DNA of 62,647 nucleotides, filler included. It is 12 parts of 12 records of this genome, joined end to end, with 100 filler letters (N's around TTAATTAATTAA, not from the genome) between each part and the next. Parts side by side here need not be neighbours in the genome. Positions count along the whole stretch, not along the records: positions 58,353 to 62,647 come from SRR15195285_11133; 11 more parts are not named here. One strand, written 5' to 3'. A program made the position numbers and the translations under genes. Below, in pieces: positions 58,648-62,647 of the stretch. Below the pieces are notes generated by a model that ran no database searches, had not been told where the DNA came from, and saw nothing but the letters and a program-made list of their open reading frames with translations. The stretch's first letter is position 1; each line of letters starts with the position of its first letter.

Positions 58648-59829
58648 ATGTCTCGACGGAACATCCCGTCGCATTTCGGATGCGATCTTCTGCGGGGAAG
58701 CCTCCACCGGCACGACCACTCCGAATGCCGCCTGCGAGCCTGCGAGCCTGTACGTGTGCTGCTCGTTTTTGCTCTGCTAGTGCAGCCTGCTCCTGTGGAG
58801 TGCCGTGCTCGTCGCTCGAGCAATAGTGGCGTCGACGGGATCGAGCAGCAGATCGAGCAGATCTATCGTCAGCACAACCCCGAGAAGCTTGACACGTTGC
58901 CGGCACTCTTTCGCAAGTACGACGGCATTGAGCAAGAACTCCTGGACGCTGTCAAGGAAAAGTACGGCATTGGAAGCGATCTTGTGCCAAACGCCGACGC
59001 CCTGGCTCGGCAGTCAGCGACTGGGTTTGACACGGGTGGCCGGATCCGCGTGATCGATGATCTCCTCAGTCTAGAACACCAGGAGATACTCGCTGGCGCG
59101 TGGCGTCACGCCCCATACACGTGGGGTGAGCAAGATACACCAAACGCAGAGCCGGCGGGTACAGTCCTGGAGCTGGAGCTCAACGACGCAGCTGTGAGGA
59201 CAGTCACCAAAAAATTGGGCCAACTGGGGGATCTGGGGCTCAAAGTGACAAGTTCTACCACTGGTGGTCAAGGCTGGGTGTCTCCGGAAGAGCTGAACAC
59301 GTGGGTACCGTGGTGCGCGACAAACACTGGCTGTCAGGGTTGTGAGATCAGTCTTTAAGTTCCATTGAGGTTTGCAACGTTGAGTTTCTTGCTTTCACGC
59401 AGGCGTGCCTACGTGAACTTTTTCCGACGAGGAGATCACCCGATGCGGCATAAAGACAACATTGGCTTCCCATCTGTGACCGTACTGGTATTCCCAGACT
59501 CCAATTATGATAGCGTCACGTGCGGTGGCGAGACGATGTTTTTTGAGTCAGCCAAAGGAGACGCAGTGAAGGCTGTGACTCCGATGGGAGGGCGTGCGGC
59601 AGTGTTTGATGGCGACGTCTTCCATTCTGCTCGGCCTCCCCTACCTGGGTGCGCACAAAATCATACTTGAAATCATCAAGGTCGTGCAACCGAGCGGACT
59701 CCTCATACAGCGATTTTTTCGTGAACTGTCAGGTGCGCACGTCCACGCCTGACTTTGGCTGTCAAGTATGGAGATCCTCGACACGCAAAGAAGCAGAAAG
59801 ACATGGCGTACGCGCACAACGAGCTCTGA
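58648..59829 (+). CDS. 2OG-Fe(II) oxygenase (prolyl-hydroxylase-like) with an N-terminal helical HNPEKL module and C-terminal HNEL; exons 58648-59300, 59403-59648, 59733-59829 (start uncertain)
   Basis: RAYVN, HxD (HKD), GGETMFF, GRAAVFDGDVFHSARPP, RLTLAVK; hydrophobic VLLVFALLV segment; spliced end AHNEL-stop. Confidence 0.82.
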
Positions 59830-60044
59830 CGAGTCAAACAGGGCGCGAGAAGCGCTAGGCGGCTGAGAGGCTGACGTTGACACTTTTACAGAGCACACTA
59901 CTTATCGTTTGTACCTTGACAGCCACCACGACGTCCATTCTGACAGTTATTGAGCTTGCAATCAAAAGCTTGCGCTGTGATAGTCATATCCGATACCAGT
60001 TCGCATGTAAGCGCCCCGTTAATACAGCCTATCCTCACTATGCC

Positions 60045-62369
60045 TCAGTCTAAGTCGTCGCCACACCATACCTGGCGCAGCATAACCTCTTGCTCCTGCT
60101 TTGCCTTCGCGGCATCTGCAAGCTGCTTCTGCGCTGCAGCCAGTGCCTCGCGCATCCGGGCTTCTTCGACAAGGTTTCGTTCCACCGCCTTGTCTGCCTG
60201 CTCCGAAACGGCACCAGAAGAGATTATCGTTGGCATGGCTATACACTGTCGCGAAGATGAGTAAATCTACGTTCTATAAGTGTACGATTCAGTCGCATCA
60301 ACAATGTTGAAATCAGATACCGCTGATAGGCTCGCCAAGGCTAGATGCAAAGCTTCTGCACGAGATGTAAGGCTGCGCGTGGCCTCAGCTACTCGTGAAG
60401 CGTGCACGCTGTCAAGCTGAGCGTGCCTCGCAGCCTCAGCTGACCGCAGGCCGTCCTGATAGGCAGTCCGTGCGACGTTGTGACTGCGGTCGAGTGCCTG
60501 CAATTCAGTGCACTGTTGTGCAATTGTCTGCGTGAGCTGTCCCTGCAGGTTGCAAATTGTCTGCTCCAATGTATCGAGTACGCTTTGGCGGTACTCTTGA
60601 GGTACGCAGCTCTGTGCCAGGTGCCGAGGAATGGATCGAGCATCCGAAATTCCTGAACAGTCGAGCAAACACTCGTCAATTTGTTTCGAGAGCAATTGTT
60701 CAATGCGCCGTGGACACGAAAGCACACGCGCTCTGTGGTGTGAGAAACCGCGTTGTGTGGTGTGAAAATGGGCAGTGACATTGAAGGAAATGATTGTACC
60801 CTGGACCAGTTGCCGCGTCGCCATTTCGTGCTGCTCCTGAAGCTGCTTGCGCTCCGAGTTCTGCTTCGCGTCGAATACACCCATTGAACGCTGTTGGTCT
60901 AGCCTCAAAGAAGATTCCTCTGCATGCATCCGCTGTAGATGAGCCTGTTTGTGAACGCTCAGGACTCGCTTTCGCTCCATCTCAATGGCTTGCAGCTTTG
61001 ACGTAAGCTCTCGTTGTAGGGTGCGGTCCGCCTCCTGCGATTGCGAAGGCAGTGCGAAGGCAGTCGCAATCGCAGGACTCTCTGGATTACAGTTGCTAGT
61101 GTCTACATCTGCCGCTGCCGTGGGTTCCAAAGCGGCGTACGGCTGGGGTCGGCGTACGTCTTGCAATGATGACGCGTTGGGTGCCTCAGACCCGCAGCTA
61201 CAGATGCTGCAGGTAGTCGCTGTGTCCTCTGTTGCATCGGGACTCAAAGCAAGTAGGCCTGTCTGGACAGATACTGACGCAGACTCTGTAGTAGTCATGG
61301 TACCAACACATCGGCGTTTTGTAGATTCTGTCGGTTCTTCGGCCCCGGCTGCGACTGTGTCACACGTTGGCCTGGGTCTCCACGACTGCGTCAATGTCGG
61401 CTCGGGTACAAGAGCGAGTGGTCGGTCCCGTTGACAGGCGACCCAAATATTTTCCCATAGTTGCGACGTCCAACCAAGTTTTAGCGCTGCTGCTTGCTCT
61501 GCTTTGGTGAGCCTGTCCCATTCTCTTCTACATGTGGCTGGCACCCGCAAACTGGCAACATCCCGGCATGCTGGTGAGTCCACCACTGCATTCGACGGCG
61601 CCTGCACAGTCTCGCTGTCCACAATACTCGCGTCTGTACTGCAGCCATAGGGGTATACCGGTCTCTTCTCTGGAGCAGCTGGCGTTCGTCCCACGAACAG
61701 TCGAACGTCGCGGTCATTAACAATAGCCTCAGAGGTCTCTGAGCTGAAAACATCGTCTTGCCCTTGGGGAGCTCTAGGATGCTCGGGCCAGACAAGACCC
61801 CAGTGTGTCTCACCATCATCGTAGTCAATTTGGACCTTTGCCGTGGCGAGTGGGTCTCTCTCTGTCTCCTCACGTGTGAGCTTTCGCACTCCACTGACCG
61901 TACCACAGTACCTACGCCAGAGTTCGACAGCGTGAGATAATAGCAACATCTAACAGGAAATACTGCGTTTTGATGCCATCTAAATTGTGACACTGTTGCG
62001 TTGACTAATGGGGAACATTTATTTTGGTAGGAGTCAGTACCAGCGGTGCTCAGCTGACCACCAGACGGCAACGCGCTTCCCGCCTAAGCCACTGCGGCCA
62101 CTCGCAACAATTACTTCGCCAAGCAAGGGCCCGAGTCTGTACAGCGAACGTGCAGCGATCCATCCATTTCGGCCCCACTCCTTTCGCATTTCAATGTGGG
62201 CTGCTGCGCACTGCACCTTTGTATCGGCGGACCCATCATTATCTCCCCCTCGTCTTCGCAACACCTTCACTGCGAAGTAAGAAAATGGTTTGTACCCTTT
62301 CCGTCGTGGGCTGTCGGACACAATACAGGTACAGCCAACTTCGATGTCTACAGGAGACACGAGAGACAT
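60045..62369 (-). CDS. Hypothetical protein with a Tudor-like domain and C-terminal coiled coil; multi-exon, 5' end uncertain
   Basis: Splicing intron 62040-61912 gives GKRVAVWWSAEHRWYCGTVSG...KVQIDYDDGETHW (Tudor-like); WDRLTKAEQAAALKLGWTSQLWE motif; Q/E-rich heptads; last exon 60217-60045. Confidence 0.7.
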
Positions 62370-62647
62370 GAGTGAAGAAGACGATTCGGCATCCGTGGCT
62401 CTCAGCAGCTGGTGCGTTGCTTTAGGCTCCAGTGTATATGAACTAGTTCTGCGCCTCAGTCCTTTAAGTTGCCTGTTTCATCAATTGCAGTTTCAGGTTA
62501 CGCCTGCTAGGGTGTCCAGGACAAATGAAACCAGTTGGCACACAAGTTAGGCTATGCTGATGCAGAATACCGTTGAACTTCGCGCGCAAGTGTAGCATCC
62601 TCATTCAAAAGTGAAGTCGCCCCAAAGTCAGCTGCGCAACCAGTCTG

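Noticed and set aside
1-62647. tRNA, rRNA, transposase or viral genes, and a non-standard genetic code
   Set aside because: None recognised; conserved genes translate cleanly with the standard code and use TAA, TAG and TGA as stops.

Overview
Eukaryotic, intron-containing nuclear DNA from a GC-rich protist. The window is not one locus: it is 12 short contigs (about 3.5-7.4 kb) joined by 11 identical 100-nt artificial linkers (N44-TTAATTAATTAA-N44), so gene neighbourhood is meaningful only within a contig. Many contigs end in microsatellites. Introns are short (about 70-250 nt), GT-AG with CTRAC/CTAAT branch points, plus one GC-AG intron. Confident genes: RPL13, a classical SDR, COG8, a GH33 sialidase, a secreted J-domain protein, an anoctamin/TMEM16 with EF-hands, a sulfatase fusion, an EamA/WAT1-like transporter, a GH3 xylosidase-like enzyme, a GH141-like beta-helix, UPF1 and a 2OG-Fe(II) oxygenase. 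Most interesting: (1) a secreted ~1,850-aa protein fusing a GH36-like (clan GH-D) barrel to an iduronate-2-sulfatase-like domain with PAN/apple modules; (2) an anoctamin whose intramembrane Ca2+ ligands look degenerate but which carries C-terminal EF-hands; (3) several introns bounded by 7-9 bp direct repeats, as expected for introner-type intron gain; (4) a dockerin-like plus TIL protein; (5) a J-domain plus bacterial-Ig-like protein with a +1 frameshift; (6) a 72-bp-periodic hairpin motif array upstream of RPL13. Exon models and domain calls were made by eye from motifs; no database searches were run.
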